Notes under the pieces: generated by a model
The model's input: the letters and a program-made list of their open reading frames with translations, nothing else
Told to the model about the DNA's origin: nothing
Databases searched by the model: none
Assembly (NCBI GenBank): GCA_964016885.1
Contig: OZ024741.1
Span: 142,538,001 to 142,602,000 of the forward strand
Reading direction: 5' to 3'
DNA length: 64,000 bases
DNA from: Eledone cirrhosa
Lineage: Eukaryota
Translations under genes and position numbers: made by a program
Part shown: positions 14,519 through 28,152 of the stretch, one piece after another
Numbering within the stretch: the first letter of the stretch is position 1
Layout of the letters: the number at the start of each line of letters is the position of its first letter

Positions 14519-15974
14519 CCTGCATAATCGGGCTAAAAACAACATACATGAAGTATATACAGACCTAAAGACATAGAGACCCCTACCCCTCAAATCACAC
14601 TGCCTGTCGTTTTAGAAAAGGTGTGATTCTATTCTAACATATGTTCCAGTCCTACTGCGAGGCATCTTGGGCTTGGGTCTTCCAAAAGCCTCGAGTTTAC
14701 CAACGTTTTGTGACTGAAATTTGGCGGGCGGAAACAGCAGAAAACCTTGTGTGTGTTTGTGTGTTCGACACCTCATAATTAGCGGTATTTGTAAAAATTG
14801 AGTCCCGTAACTTAGCGACTTGACAAAAAAGGAGATAGACGAAATAAGTACCAGACTTGAAAAAGTAAGTACAAGAGTCGGTTATGATCGAATAAATCAA
14901 GGCAGTGCCCCAGCATGGCCATAGTCTAATGACTGAAATCAGAAACAAAAAAAAACAAAACAAAAAAAAAAAACACGAAACCCGTTGCTAGTAAGAGCAG
15001 CCAAATTACTCTCAACTCACAACCGTGAATCAGTAAAGGTTATTGGTCAGTGCTGTGTGACATAGAAAAAGTTGAGATTGTCACGACTGGAACGTCTTTG
15101 TTCATCACAATTACCTCAACAACACTGTTTTTGCTGCTGCTACTACTACTACCACCACTTATTCAGCCAGCCCGGGACTAACTTCTACGTAGTCTCTCGA
15201 CCTGCTAGGAATAGCAGCCAAACATCCTCCTCAAATCATTCCTTACGCTTTAAAAACAAACAGATACACAATAATCTAATCATACACAGATTATGCCCGA
15301 AGAAGACAGGACTGTCGTGGCTGGAACGCTTTTATCTATCGGTCTATTCGATCAGGGTCGATCTAAACAACAACCACAATTTCTATAAATACCACTATTT
15401 ATGAGAGCCTGGAGAAAGCTATGGGCACTGTCCCTTTTTCCAAACATACTAAAAAAAAAAAAAGGAATAAATAAAAATAAAACTTCATCTATAAATAGCA
15501 ACCAAACTTCCCTCCAACCACACCTTATTGTGTTAAAAGAAATGAAGGACACTGGATAATATACATTATCTGAAAATAATACGACATGGCCATGGATGGA
15601 ATGGTGCTCTTCTACACCAGCGTTGAGCTAAACAACATCAACAAACATGGGGCTTCCACGTAGTCACTCGACGTGTTAGAAATAGCAGCCAAACTCAAAT
15701 CTCAGCGTACACCCTACTGTCTACCAAAAGGAGACGTTACATAATGTAGTCCAAGATACACTTAAAGAGACGGAATGGATGGTCACAGCTGCAATGCCTT
15801 TGATCATAACAGGCCAAATAAACTTGACAAGACAGTAACTTTACACTAGAGGTACAATAGATGGATAGAGAGTGAGACAGAAAGAGATAGTATGTATTTG
15901 ACACGGGGCCAAACAACAGTATCATCAGCATTACTATAATGAATACAATTGCTTGATTACTATACGTGGATAAC

Positions 15975-16325
15975 GTATGGCCGCACGACTAAGGAGTTCG
16001 CTTCGCAATCATTAAATTGCGGGTTCAATCACACTGTGTGATATCTTGGGCAAGTGTCATTTGTAATAGCCTTGGGTTAACCCATGCTTTGTGAGTGAAG
16101 CTGGGTAGGCGGAAACAGACTGGAAGCCGGCCGAATGGACTATACCTGTAATTCAAAGGGCCAGCCTTGTCACACAATGTGCCACTCTGAATCTCCCCGA
16201 AAATTTCGTTATGGGTACACGGGTCTGTGGGATATTCAGCCACTTACATGTTAATTTCATGAGCAAGCTGTTGTTCCATTGATCGAACAACTGGAACAGT
16301 CATCGTCGAAACCGACGGACGTGTT
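15975..16325 (+). mobile_element. SINE family A (CORE-like head plus family A tail)
   Basis: GGTTCAATC B-box, CTTGGGCAAGTGTC core, tail to CGTCGAAACCGACGGA. Confidence 0.8.
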
Positions 16326-17874
16326 AATCCTGCTTAACTCTACTAATACCGCTTGTTACAAACACATCTACTGTCATTTCGACAACAACGACAATTATAC
16401 CACCGCCACCGCCATCACCACATTGTTGCTACTGCAGAATTAAAAAAAGTAACTTAGCAAGCTTTCTAATGCAATATTTACACTCCTAGTGACCTCCCCA
16501 CTCTCTTTCCCCCCCTTCCTGTCTGTTTCTCTCTGTTAGACTCTCCGTTACTCTTTTTCTTTCTGTTAGATTCTCCGATACTAGGTAAGACGAATAAATG
16601 TAGTGATGGCCGCATTTCGACTCTCTCAAAGCCAGGTCAGACAAATAAGGGCAGAATCATGACCCCTTTTCCACTCTCATTGCCCCGTTTCTGTGTCCCC
16701 CGAGACTGGTGGAAGGTAGCAGTCTTCATACCGGTGACCTGACACGAATATTAGCAGCAGTAGTAGCAGCAGTACATTGCTTGGCTGTGTATAGTCAATC
16801 CGCATTACGTTGAGTTCAAATTCCACCGAGGTCATCTTTGACTTTCATCCTCTCAGACTCAATAAATTAAGAACCAATATTGGCGTTGATTATCCTTTCG
16901 CTCTCTCACTCACATTATATCTCTCTTTCTCATACACTTACACACTATCTCTATCTCACCCTACACACCATCTCTTTCTCTCTTTCTCACTCTATCAATT
17001 GTACCTTTAATATAAAGACCCAGTCTTGTCACACTGTCAAGCTTATCGGGCCTAAGAATTACAATAAGGAGTACACGTGTCTGTGGAATACTCAAGTCAC
17101 TTACAGGCTAATAGATGATCGAACATCTGAATGCTCATCGTCGAGACTGACAGAGAGCCCACTATTTAGAGAAGCAGGGTTAGACTCCTGAATGAATATC
17201 CATATATAACTGGTACTAAATTTACTGACCCTGGTCACAGAAAGCTGAAATAGTTGCTACTGTTTAACCTCCGTCAATTCTGATTCCGCTGACCTATGAT
17301 GAAATGGCATTCCAGTCGTCATCACCACGTTTTATTTTATTATTATTACTATGTCCAGAACGACCCTGTCTAATGTCTCCGCCCATTTTAAAGCTGCCAA
17401 TGTGTAATTTGAGTTTACTGATTAGTCGGAGCGGGAGACGTGTGGTCGATAGGAAGTTATTTACAAATTAGAGGGGACCGTGTATGAATCATTACAACAG
17501 CAAAGTTCGCTAAACGTACCCAAGTAGCATGATTAAGTCTACCGACCATGTTAGCCACAACGGGATTTGAACAAAGAGACAACAAATACTGCAAGATATC
17601 ACATCCGATTATTTAACAACTCCGTCAATAAAGTAACCTTGGACTGGTTACTTTATTTCGACAACGTTTATCGCGTTTTATCCTACGCTCTACCGACTCA
17701 ATAAATTCGGCTGATATTTCTAACAGATCAAGCAACTTCATAGAGTGTGTCTGGGTCACGAGCGGGGCTCGGACTCAGAACCCGTTTTCAGCTATTTAAT
17801 CTCAGCGAACTACTGACGTCTACCACCTCGCCATGTCTATTTTATTTCATTTATCATTATAAAGTCAACTTAAA

Positions 17875-17998
17875 TATAACCCAGGCTTCGCTGCTCGATA
17901 AGTCAAAGATAGCATGCTGTCGAAGAATCTATCGGTCGCTCTCCGATAGGTTTGTAGTCGAAAGTGTAACAGCGGATACTTTCGGCGTTCTGGCCTTC
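17875..17998 (+). pseudogene. CRE-clade non-LTR retrotransposon REL-endonuclease fragment
   Basis: NPGFAAR*VKD..(frameshift)YRSLSDRFVVESVTADTFGVLA resembles the CRE C-terminal PGSAA..K..KY..L...F.F.PVAVET.GVLG. Confidence 0.55.
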
Positions 17999-18164
17999 AT
18001 ACCACCTCCTTACTCACTCCCCTAAACCGCCCGGCTTGCATCACGAGAATGAATTACTGAAAAGAAACTAGACCGTGGTATTTCCATATGAAATTTTATT
18101 TACAGTTAAAATATGGTGTTAGTTCTTTATTCCATACACCAACAAAGAAAGAGTGAAAATAAAA

Positions 18165-18270
18165 CGATGGAGTTATCTCCCTTTTATTGGCTATTGTCAA
18201 CCAATAGAGAAAAGGAAGTATCGACCGAATTCTCTCTCCCCAGAAGAAAAATGCGCACGCGCATTATACA
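18165..18270. promoter_or_regulatory. Promoter-like motif cluster
   Basis: ATTGG and CCAAT boxes, GGAAGT (ETS) and TGCGCACGCGCA (NRF1-like) in non-repetitive DNA; motif evidence only. Confidence 0.3.
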
Positions 18271-19825
18271 TCGCCTAGCCTGATTACGAATGTCAAGCTT
18301 CCAGTCTTGACAGTAGGATCAACAGTTCATATCGTGTCAATATCGCTGTATCCTTAGATTAAAACACAATTCACTACATATTTTTCGTTTACTCAGTATA
18401 TCTAGTTGTGGACTTGCGTGGTTAAATACACACCTAAATACAAACGGAACACTGAATATATTGATGTAAAATTAGGCACAAGGCCAGTAATTTAAGTGTG
18501 TGTGTGTGTGTGTGTGGGGGGGGGTTAAAGTAGATTGAATCAACCCTAGTACTTCACTGGTAGTTAGAAGGATGAAAGGCAAAGTTGACCGCCACGAGAT
18601 TTGAATTCAGAACAAATAGCGTTGGGGCGTCGGATCGAAATGCATCGATATTTATTCCGGCTTATTATACTCTGAGGTCATATTTGCCTTTCATCCTATC
18701 GTGGTCGATAAATTAAGCGCTACCTTGATTTTATCCGACGCTCTACCAATTCTGTGAAATTACCACGCTTAGGCATCAAGCAAGTGTTTGGGTAACTTCA
18801 GTCGGTTTAGACTCTTCACTAGCAATGTTTTATTCAGGTAGAAAGTAAAAATTGTTTTACTTTGATACCATTTTCGGCTACAGTTAGTAAAGAAGAGGGA
18901 GAGATGAAACAGTTCATTTTCCAGGAACGTGTAACGGTGAACGTAAAATGACCTTAACTTATGATGTCAGAGGGGCGCCATCCTAACTCACAGTGTCTTG
19001 CGCATCTTAAATCTAACTGAATTCATTCCTCTCCCGGTCGCGACACGGCTGATTTCTTCCGGAGAGAGAGAAGAAAATTTAACCAGGCAAAGTAGACTTC
19101 AGAACGCAATGAGCCGGAACAAATACCGAAGCATATTTAATCCGACACCCTAACACCTGTGCCAATTCCCCGCCTTCAGAATCATGTTATCCAAGTAAAT
19201 CTGATGACGTCTTCGGTGATGGGCCAAATCATCCTAGAATAAACTGCTGAGACCTCCATGCGTGTCTGTTGGAAGCAAAGGCGTTAGTCCAGTAAAAGAA
19301 CGCACCACCTCACGAATCACTTGCACTGGAATATTAAACATTTTGTTGATGCAGCAACCCCACCTCTATCTAGACATTACACAGGAGGTCTACATCGAGA
19401 ACCATCCAGTCGTGCCTCCTCACCACCACCACCACCACATTGGCATATCGCTTGAAATAAATAGAAATCGATTTTCATTTATTTCGACAATTCAAATGAA
19501 TGGCGGAACGTTCATGTTGCGACTTCTCGAGTATGTAGGTATTCTTTCTCAGTCTGTCTCTATAAATATATATATATGATCTTGTGAGTACACAGGTGAA
19601 GCTGCAGAGTAACAAGGCTCACCACTTAGCCATAATAAAGAAAATTGCTTTTATAGACACACCGTCTCCAACACTACTCCTTCTCTCCCGATAATAATAC
19701 AATATATGACGAATTTTATTCTATAAGAAACAAACACAGCTTAGATATAACAACAGTACATGTATATAACTTACAAAGAACATATCACAGGTTTGCTACT
19801 GACAACCAATAAACATCCCATAGGC

Positions 19826-20255
19826 TAGGGAGTCTCAAACACGCAGCCTGCAAACTACTTTTCTATGGTCTGCGGCAGGGCAATTTTCCTAAAACTTATC
19901 CCTGTTTAAATAACATGTATAGTGCTATTGAAATTTACCCATGAATTACAATAAAATGGAAAAAAGGGAATTTATCACAAGTGAAAACGAAGAAAAAGAA
20001 ATTTACCATAAGTAAAAACGGAATTAAGGAAAATTTGGAACTGAAAATTTGTCTCCCTAAATTTTGTACTAATTCACATAACACACGCATATTCATTTTA
20101 ATAAAACAAATAGGCGAATAGCAGTCTATCAGTTGTACTACAAATTAGAATTATAACAAGTGAAAATTACCCACACCCTCATCTCACTTTTGGCCCGCTC
20201 TGTCTCTCCCCCAGGACGTAATTGCCCTTTTGATTACTTGAGTTTGAGACCCTTG
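19826..20255. mobile_element. hAT-type MITE (MER30-like termini)
   Basis: Termini TAGGGAGTCTCAAAC ... GAGTTTGAGACCCTTG with subterminal GCAGCCTGC/GGCCCGC motifs; TSD degenerate. Confidence 0.65.
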
Positions 20256-21299
20256 CCGTATACCAGTTAAGTCACGAAATAAACTAAACACAACTAGAAA
20301 CGAAACAGTTGCCGCAGCAACTATCTCAACACTTGTCACTCCATACATATATACTGCCATCGCCACAACAAACACTACTAAAAGATATACAAATGGAATG
20401 GTAATAAACGTGATAGTAGTTGGGTAGTGGTGAGCCTGTGTGGGGTGGGGGGGTGCAAATGTAAATATCAGCAACCCATCCTCTGGGCTAGATTTAGACC
20501 ATGGGGAGCCTTAATCACTATTGGTCTGTCCCCACCTCACTTACACACAATAACATCAACCCTGCTTAGTGCATGTAATTGGAATTGACAAATTATACAT
20601 ACAAATGTTAAATACAAAACTAACCAGTAATGCATAAATATAATATAGAAATAGAGATACATACATAAACGTTAAATGGAAAGTGTTCAATGTTACATAT
20701 TGGTATGCAAGTGTCAAAGTTCCCATAAAAATTTTAGCAAAAAATATACTGGAAGCTTAGGCCAAAACGCATCAAATCCACCATAATAGGCTTAAATGCA
20801 TTTATCAATGCAAAATGTTACCTAGACTAAGTACAGTAAATTATACCTATTTATTGTGCAATAAGTTCCATAATTCCTAAAAGAAATTCCCATTGTGTTT
20901 AGATCTTATGATCTTTTCTCTACCTATGTCATGTCGCTCTCAATGATAATTATTGTCAGAACTACAACAATCACTCGAGTATTTCTTGTTTCCCTGTGAA
21001 TACGAGAAGAGTCTCTTACATTGAAGATCGAATATGACCTTGGGTTTGTTCATGAGTTTTCATAATTGTCTTACTGGGGCCCAAGCAAACTAAATTTTAA
21101 TACACGATGGTTACTTGACCCCTTAGTGTAACTTGGAAGTGATAAAGCAGAATAATAAAAAATAAAAAAAACAGAAGAGCTCTTTGTATATTTTTCTTAC
21201 ATCCCTGCCCATACCGTCGCTACTCTTAAATCTGGCCGTGTCCTTACAATCGCTACACCAACAATACAAGCCCGGACAATGTGGGAGAATGTTCTCAAC

Positions 21300-21570
21300 C
21301 ATACAAAACCTCTGGCGCAAGCCGCCTCCTTGTCCCAGCAGATAGAATGGAGAAAGCGTTATTCGGGAGGATATCGAAGGAGACGAGAGATGGTACGGGG
21401 ACCAAGAGCCCTAGCAGTCTCCACCGCTACAGGTTTGAAAAGAAGTCAGTTTAGTTCATGTGACTCACTCCAGCTAGTGGTCAACTCCTCCCCAATAGCA
21501 GTAAGTACGGTGACCAAGAACGCTAGAAGTCTCTATCGCTACAAATTCAACAACGAATCTTATCAGAGAA
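21300..21570 (-). pseudogene. CRE-clade REL-endonuclease relic (motif present twice)
   Basis: Minus strand reads FVAIETSSVLGHRT and FKPVAVETARALGPRT...NNAFSILSAG. Confidence 0.6.
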
Positions 21571-22122
21571 AAAAAACAAAAACAAAAGTATTTCTTCTAC
21601 TCAAGTCCAGACGAACACAAATAAAACAGACACACAACTGCAGTAGCTGCAACATAGTTAACAGTTCGTTAGTCTCAATCAAATACATAAACAAAATCAC
21701 ACAATCTCTATCGCGTGCGTGTGTGTACTGTACATACTCGAGTAAAAGTCGAATTTTTTAGGCCATTTTTAATGTTACAACCAAAGTACTGATCTCTAAA
21801 CGAATAAAAACAATGAATTACAGTGATACTACCAATTCTAAGCATCAAAACACACGTCCTAGTAATTATAATAAAAATCCATAAACAAGGCCGTATATCT
21901 CTTATAAATATTTACACTCGCGATCGTATTCTTTCGGTCATTATCCGAGATTTATGACCATAGGTAATGGTTGGTACGAATACCGAATTGAAGTTAGCAA
22001 GTTTGGGTTTTACTTTTACCTCCCTTTCTGGTGATCGAATGCTGAAGCAGACGCATAATTGCACAAGCTCCAGCAATTATTACACTTAATTCAGCCTCAT
22101 GCCTTCCATCACCCGTGATACT

Positions 22123-22330
22123 ACAGACATGTGGTTAGAATGTTTGAAGAAAATATCGCTCAGCAGATTTTACGGGCAAAACCAACTGGCAGGAGACCCA
22201 GGGGTAGACTCCCCAAGCTATATGGTTGCATAACACCCATGAGTCGGTTGGTCTCGCTTGGAGACACAGCCGGATCAATTGGAGGCAGTTGATTCTGACA
22301 ACACACGCTAGAAAGCGTGCTTGAGGAATA
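22123..22330 (+). pseudogene. RTE-clade (Expander-like) LINE ORF2 3' end
   Basis: HVVRMFEENIAQQILRAKPTGRRPRGR..W...GWSRLETQPDQLEAVDSD; typical RTE C-terminus with frameshifts. Confidence 0.8.
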
Positions 22331-22789
22331 GGTGAGCGAAGAAAAAGAAGACATATATACACACACACACACACATCCAAATGTATAATATACACACACG
22401 CAAACATATATATATTATATGCACACACATATACATATATGCATAACATACACTCACATATATATAAACATATGCGCGCGCAGAGAGGGGGGGGGGGTCT
22501 ATAAACAGTTGCTAAACTTCAAATCATGTTATCCATCTGTAGATAAGCCTAAGAAGTTCGATATGGGTTCACCTAAAGTTCTAACCCCACTAGAAAGGAT
22601 CAGGTCACATAACCACCCAAATAGGTGTATCATAACTGATGGTATCTTAATACTGTGCCATGACCAGCCGTTTCCTTTTCGTGCCGGTCGCCGCCGAGAA
22701 CTCTAGTGTCCTTCTCAGTCTCTGAACTGTCGTTTATCTCCGCAAAATCGGGAGGAATGCATCCCAACTGCTAAAGGCACCCAGCGAGT

Positions 22790-22940
22790 TGGAGTGATTG
22801 ATGCAATGGGTGTATCACTGGCTGTTCTCCACGGCAATGCCATCACCATTTTCTTCCACAAAGTTGCGAGGTATGCATCTTGCCTGAGGCAGGATTCTCG
22901 AGGGGTGGTGTGGCTGATACAGCGGGTGTCGCTGCCGAAA
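22790..22940 (+). pseudogene. CRE-clade REL C-terminal relic
   Basis: GNAITIFFHKVARYASCLRQDSRGVVWLIQRVSL resembles G..A..F.KELGRR.....GD.RE..WL.QR.S. Confidence 0.5.
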
Positions 22941-23734
22941 ATATATCGCCTAGACTTGGATGTACAGTCTGCTCTCCCCTTTCGCTTACTTTCATTATTC
23001 CTTATTTAAATTACAAACATTCTATAATTTAACTGAAATATGTTGAATAAAAAATTTACATTTTTGGGGATAAAAAAAAGAACTGCTGATGTTGTTACTA
23101 ATGATAACGACAGCGTTTTTTAGTTGAAATACAACTAGGATTTGGTTTGTTGTTGTTGCCATTGTTTATGTTGTTGTTTAGCTTCATGGCTTGCCTTGAT
23201 CAAACCACATTTTATTTAGTACGAGCGAGACACGGTCTCCCGACGAATCCTGCATCAAATGGAACAAAACCGTCTAACCCATGCTAGCGTGGAAGACGTT
23301 AAACAATGATGATGATGATGATTAGTCAAGCAATACAGTGTCTACGACCCTTTGAGTTTCTAAGACCTTAGAGACCAGTGGTGAGAAGGACGGAGGAAGG
23401 AATCCCCCTTTACACCGAAAACCAGGTCCGAATATTTACAAGGCGGACTCTGTTTAAAGGCACCCAAAGGCCAGGTGTGGATGTTATACCCGTAGAAAGA
23501 GGGGAATCATGGATTAAATCTATCATCCAAGTAGGTCAAAGAGGGATTTTAACCTGAACTAACACCATGAGGAATCTCGCTCGGCGTTGTCAGTTCCGCC
23601 AATGGCTGGTACTTTATTTTATCGATCTCGAAAGAATGAAAGGCATAGATTACTTCGGCGGTAAATGAATTCAGAAAATAAGCAGAGAATCATGGCAAAT
23701 ATCGTAAGGCGTTTTTGTCCTATGCCATCACATG

Positions 23735-23880
23735 CGAAGGCGCGTAATTTAGTGGTTAGGATGCTGGATTTACGATCATAATGGTGTGAGTTCGATTCCT
23801 GGATTGGGTTATGTGTTGAATTCTTGAACAAAACACTTCATTTCGTTTTGTACCAGTATACTCGGCTGAAAATGATTCCC
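23735..23880 (+). mobile_element. SINE family A, 5' part
   Basis: GAAGGCGCGT..TTAGTGGTTAGG head, GAGTTCGATTCC B-box, CTTGAACAAAACACTT. Confidence 0.8.
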
Positions 23881-24119
23881 AGCAGTAGTTTGTGGTTTAT
23901 AATAAGCCCTGCGATTTGGAATGGCTCTTTTAGCGCATTCCCCTTGCTATCCTCCGGGAATAACGCCTTTTAAATTCTGACTGCAGGGACCTCGCGACAA
24001 CATCTATCTGAGGCAGACTGAGAATTGGCTGGTTCGTGATGTTACTGTTGTCTACAACACTCATGCATACATATGCATGTACATACATATTCATTCATGC
24101 ATGCTTGCATATATACATC

Positions 24120-24437
24120 TGGACATTCCATCAGTTATGATGACGAGTGTTCCAGTTGATTTAATCAACAGAAAAGCCTGTTCAAGAAATTCACGTGCAA
24201 GTGGCTGAACATTCCAGACACACGTACCCTTAACAAGTTCTCAGGGAAGATTCAACGTGACACAGAATGTGATAATGTTGACCCTCTGGATTAGAGGTAA
24301 ACTCATTTTCCCCCTGAGTGGAATGAAGCAATTTGAACTTAAGTGTCTTTTTCAAAGACGACACAACGCGTCATCGGAAATTTGAACTCATGACCTTACG
24401 ATCGGAGCCGAATGCCCTAACCACTAAACCACGCGCA
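24120..24437 (-). mobile_element. SINE family A, near full length
   Basis: Reverse head CCCTAACCACTAAACCACGCGC, TTTGAACTC B-box, full family A body and tail. Confidence 0.85.
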
Positions 24438-25298
24438 TTTACATACATACATACATACTAACAAGCACTAAGCCATAAATATACACCATAACACACTGCC
24501 CCTGTAACAAGACAAACGAGGTAGCTTCTACATGATCGTTTGACTTCCTAGGGGCAGCAGCTAAATTCCTCTTAATTTTATCGTTGTTAAAAGAACGAAC
24601 GGATAGATGGTATAATGTACTCTGGGATACACTGACTTGAAAAAAAAAAAGAGGGGTTGGGAATGAACGCATTTTAACACACTGCAGTGATTTAGTAGAA
24701 ATATCTCTAAATTTTGTTAATTCAAATATAGCATCTTCACTAATGGAAAAATCGTCGTGAAAATTTGCAGTATTTGAGAAACACTTCAATTTCATGTAAT
24801 TTTGTAATAATGCTGTTTTAATACTTTACAAGAATGTCTTGCTAATGTGGTTACGCGTGGTACAGGGCGTTAACGGTTAATCCTAGATTGATAAGGGCTG
24901 ACTTGGGAATGAATACAGCCTAACACGAATAACTACCTTATAACCCTACATCCATGCTAACCTGAACACTGCACTCAAAATTCCTCACTACTACTACTAC
25001 CACCATTATTATTACTACCAACAACAACACTGCAACCCACTTTAACTACTATACCACCACAACCACCAACATCATAACACCTACATCTAGTATTAAAACA
25101 CTTACCACTACCCTTACCATCACTACTACTACTAGAATCGATACTGTAATTGTTTTTGCCGTGACAGACACGCAAACTGAGCAAGGGAGTTAGAGAGACA
25201 GACCAAAATTAGTGAAATCAGATAAGGGCGGATCATTGTGATGGTTAAAGAAGAGCAGGTAAAGAAAACAGAGCAGTGTGTGTGTGTTTTCTACTTAC

Positions 25299-25363
25299 CT
25301 GACATTTGTCCAGTGTCCAGACAGCCTGCAGCTGTCCGAAACTCGGAAAAGGCAGAAGCCCAT
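25299..25363 (-). CDS. Candidate first coding exon of an unidentified minus-strand host gene
   Basis: ACAATGG Kozak-like start, 21 codons MGFCLFRVSDSCRLSGHWTNV, strong donor CAG|GTAAGT at 25299/25298, in a unique CpG-containing segment; no downstream exon identified. Confidence 0.25.
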
Positions 25364-25659
25364 TGTTACTGTTGCTATTAATATTATTAGATTTATGGAA
25401 AACAGGCAAACGACATGTAAGCAAGATTCAAATGTCAACAACGGAATCAAATTTTACGTCTTGCATCCTCTGCGTTTGACTGTGAGGACATACATATGTC
25501 GACGCGCGTTAAAGCTTTAGATCGCGACTGTATGTATGTATGTATGTATGAGTGTGTATGTGCGTGCGTGTGTATGTGTGTGTGTATAAAACCAATTGGC
25601 GAAGTTTTTCAGATTATATATAAACACACACATGCATACATATAGGTGCTGTTTTGTAT

Positions 25660-26070
25660 CTGCATCTCAGTTTCAAGAATGGCCATCTATTGATTTCTTT
25701 CTCGTACCTGGTTGGTATGAACACGACCTTTTAGCACTAAGGAGTTAGATTCCTTTCTGCATATGCTGCAGCGAAAGAAAAAAGAAAAGACCATGCGCAT
25801 GCAACACATGTGAAAGTCGTTTATTTAGATCAAGTGATAAAAATGTGCTTGAAAATTTTTTAAGTGAAGAAAGGCCTTGCACTGGGCCAATCCCACTCTC
25901 TGAACAACGGTGATCAAAAAGAAGAACAGATCAACATTATTGGCTGCCATCGAGTTGCCGGTTTTACATCAGTTTTGCTTCTAGAATGATTTGTTAAGAA
26001 GAACTAAGGATCTCTCACTCCCGGTGGGCTAACTGCACGCTCGGGCACAAACTATTTCCACGTTCCCACG
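25660..26070. repeat. Unclassified ~410-bp interspersed repeat, copy 2
   Basis: Same orientation as, and colinear with, 12925-13340. Confidence 0.85.
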
Positions 26071-26298
26071 CATACATACATATATACAGACGCACATACA
26101 TATGAATTAGAAACTGAAACATCACAAATGGTTTTTACTGCGAGTTACATTGCTATCTTTGAACAACACACTCTACTCTCCTCTCTCTCCCTATATTATA
26201 TATTTCCCCACCTCTCTCTTATTTTCCCCCGTTCCTTCCTTATATATATATATAAGAAAAGGGGTGGGGTAACACGTGCATATTCAGTTACCGACTTT

Positions 26299-26353
<55 letters not shown>

Positions 26354-26384
26354 ACACACTCACACACACATACATATATGTATA

Positions 26385-27180
26385 CACAGAGAGAGAGTCT
26401 TAGTTTACCGCTACTCCGCTTAGCGCTGATTCGACATAGCGCATTAATTATTTTTTTTATCGATATTTTTAGTGGGATAACACATAATAATTGTATGCCA
26501 ATATGTAAGAAACTATGATTCACAATCATGCATACTACTACATACACCCGGATTGTTCACACAATTGTTTATTTATCGTGAGTAGTAAAAGGCAAGCAAC
26601 TGTAAGTGCTGAACTTTCGTCTAATGTGCAGGGAAAGAGATGACACTCGATATAACGCTGTTATCGTTGAGACGATTGAAAGCTGGAAAATGTCAAGCAT
26701 TCGTGGGTATGTCGTTAAATTTGACCATATCGATGATTAGAAAAATACTGATAAAATAAAATCACTTGCCATAGCGACCTTACTGATATCAGCAAAGAAG
26801 AAGGTGACTCATTCAAAATATAACATTTTAAAAGAAATTGAGTGTCTACTTGATGAACGAGTGAACAACGAAACAGCATGCAATATGCCAGTAAGCAAAA
26901 CCAAGAAGTAATTTCATGCATTTATAAGGAGATAATTCAGGGGCATTCACAGTAAATAGAGGCTGATTTAAAAGATTCAAACGACAGCATAACCTACTCA
27001 ACACTGTAATTAGTGAAGCTGCAAGTGTAGATACCAAGGGAAACATGAAATTCCCTTAAAGTTCTTACAAGTACCATCCAACGTAACAATTATTCAAGAT
27101 AAATGAAGCAGGTCTTTTCTTGAAAAGAATGCCGTCCCGCTCTTTCATTTTAAGAAAAGAAAAGAAAAGCATGCACTTCT
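26385..27180 (+). pseudogene. Tigger/pogo transposase relic (CENP-B HTH plus start of the DDE region)
   Basis: KEMTLDITLLSLRRLKAGKCQAFVGMSLNLTISMIRKIL (HTH); FTVNRG*FKRFKRQHNL..SEAASVD; QLFKINEAGLFLKRMPSRSFI (cf. IFNxDETGLFWKKMP); stops and frameshifts. Confidence 0.85.
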
Positions 27181-27411
27181 TGAACTAAACCCCCCAACAA
27201 AAAAAAACTCGAACAGTTAGTATGAAGAGGCATTGCTCGAACTTCGAAGTCACTGACATCTATTTCTTCCGAGACTAAACCTTATATTTTGTTCACACGT
27301 ACCGAATACTCATTCAATTAATATTGACCACGATGTACGTGTGTACATAAATCGCCCCCTTATCTCTCTCTCTCCCTCTCTCTCTCTAGACAGACAGACA
27401 GATAGATATAT

Positions 27412-27782
27412 TTCTTTATTAGCCACAAGGGCGCACAAGAAAAGGGGACAATACAAAAACATGCCGTGGATTTTACATCATACAGTCGTGTAAAAAATAT
27501 AAAAACAAACAATTACAACAATCGAAATCCCCAATAGGGGGGAGGCGCCACAAATGGGTTGTTTAATACCCCGTCGATAGAACAACCCTCAACTCCAGGA
27601 GCGTGTTGTGCAAGTGTTCCTTTCTTCCTTTTGCTCTCTTCTTCAACCTACAGGCTTATAAACAGAGAAGGCCCAATCACTCGGGCCATTTTCGCTTCAT
27701 TCACCCACCTTTCAGTAAATTTACTGGGGTGCAGTGCCACTCTCCCCACCCTGATTCTCCTTCTAACGTGATACTTAAAGAC
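27412..27782 (-). mobile_element. Probable L1/Tx1-like LINE 3' end
   Basis: Minus strand FKYHVRRRIRVGRVALHPSKFTERWVNEAKMARV, then a 3' UTR ending AATAAA next to a microsatellite. Confidence 0.5.
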
Positions 27783-27792
27783 AGATAGACAC

Positions 27793-27909
27793 ATAAATAA
27801 AGACACGGTTCTACATTTCATTATTCAAATTTATTCGGTCAACATATTTTGACCGAATTTTGGACAATTAATAAAGTATAGAAAAGTAGAACCGTATCTT
27901 CCTATTTAT
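27793..27909. repeat. Imperfect palindrome / MITE-like foldback
   Basis: AAGACACGGTTCTAC/GTAGAACCGTATCTT outer arms; ATTCGGTCAA/TTGACCGAAT inner arms. Confidence 0.75.
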
Positions 27910-28088
27910 TAACATACCAACACTCCGTCTACATGATATCCGATCTTTCTTAGTTCATTGATTGCGATAATCAATGACTGTTCCCCTGTGTCTCCCTCTA
28001 TTTTTATTAGCAATACAGGCAACAAATATAACAATAACTGTTGCAACACATGATTTCACATCAAAAATCTTGCAAAACACACACACAC

Positions 28089-28152
<64 letters not shown>

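Noticed and set aside
19201-19240. CTGATGA hammerhead candidate (likewise 10572, 14274, 28285, 31493, 63551)
   Set aside because: Missing GAAA..UH geometry or stem I/III pairing
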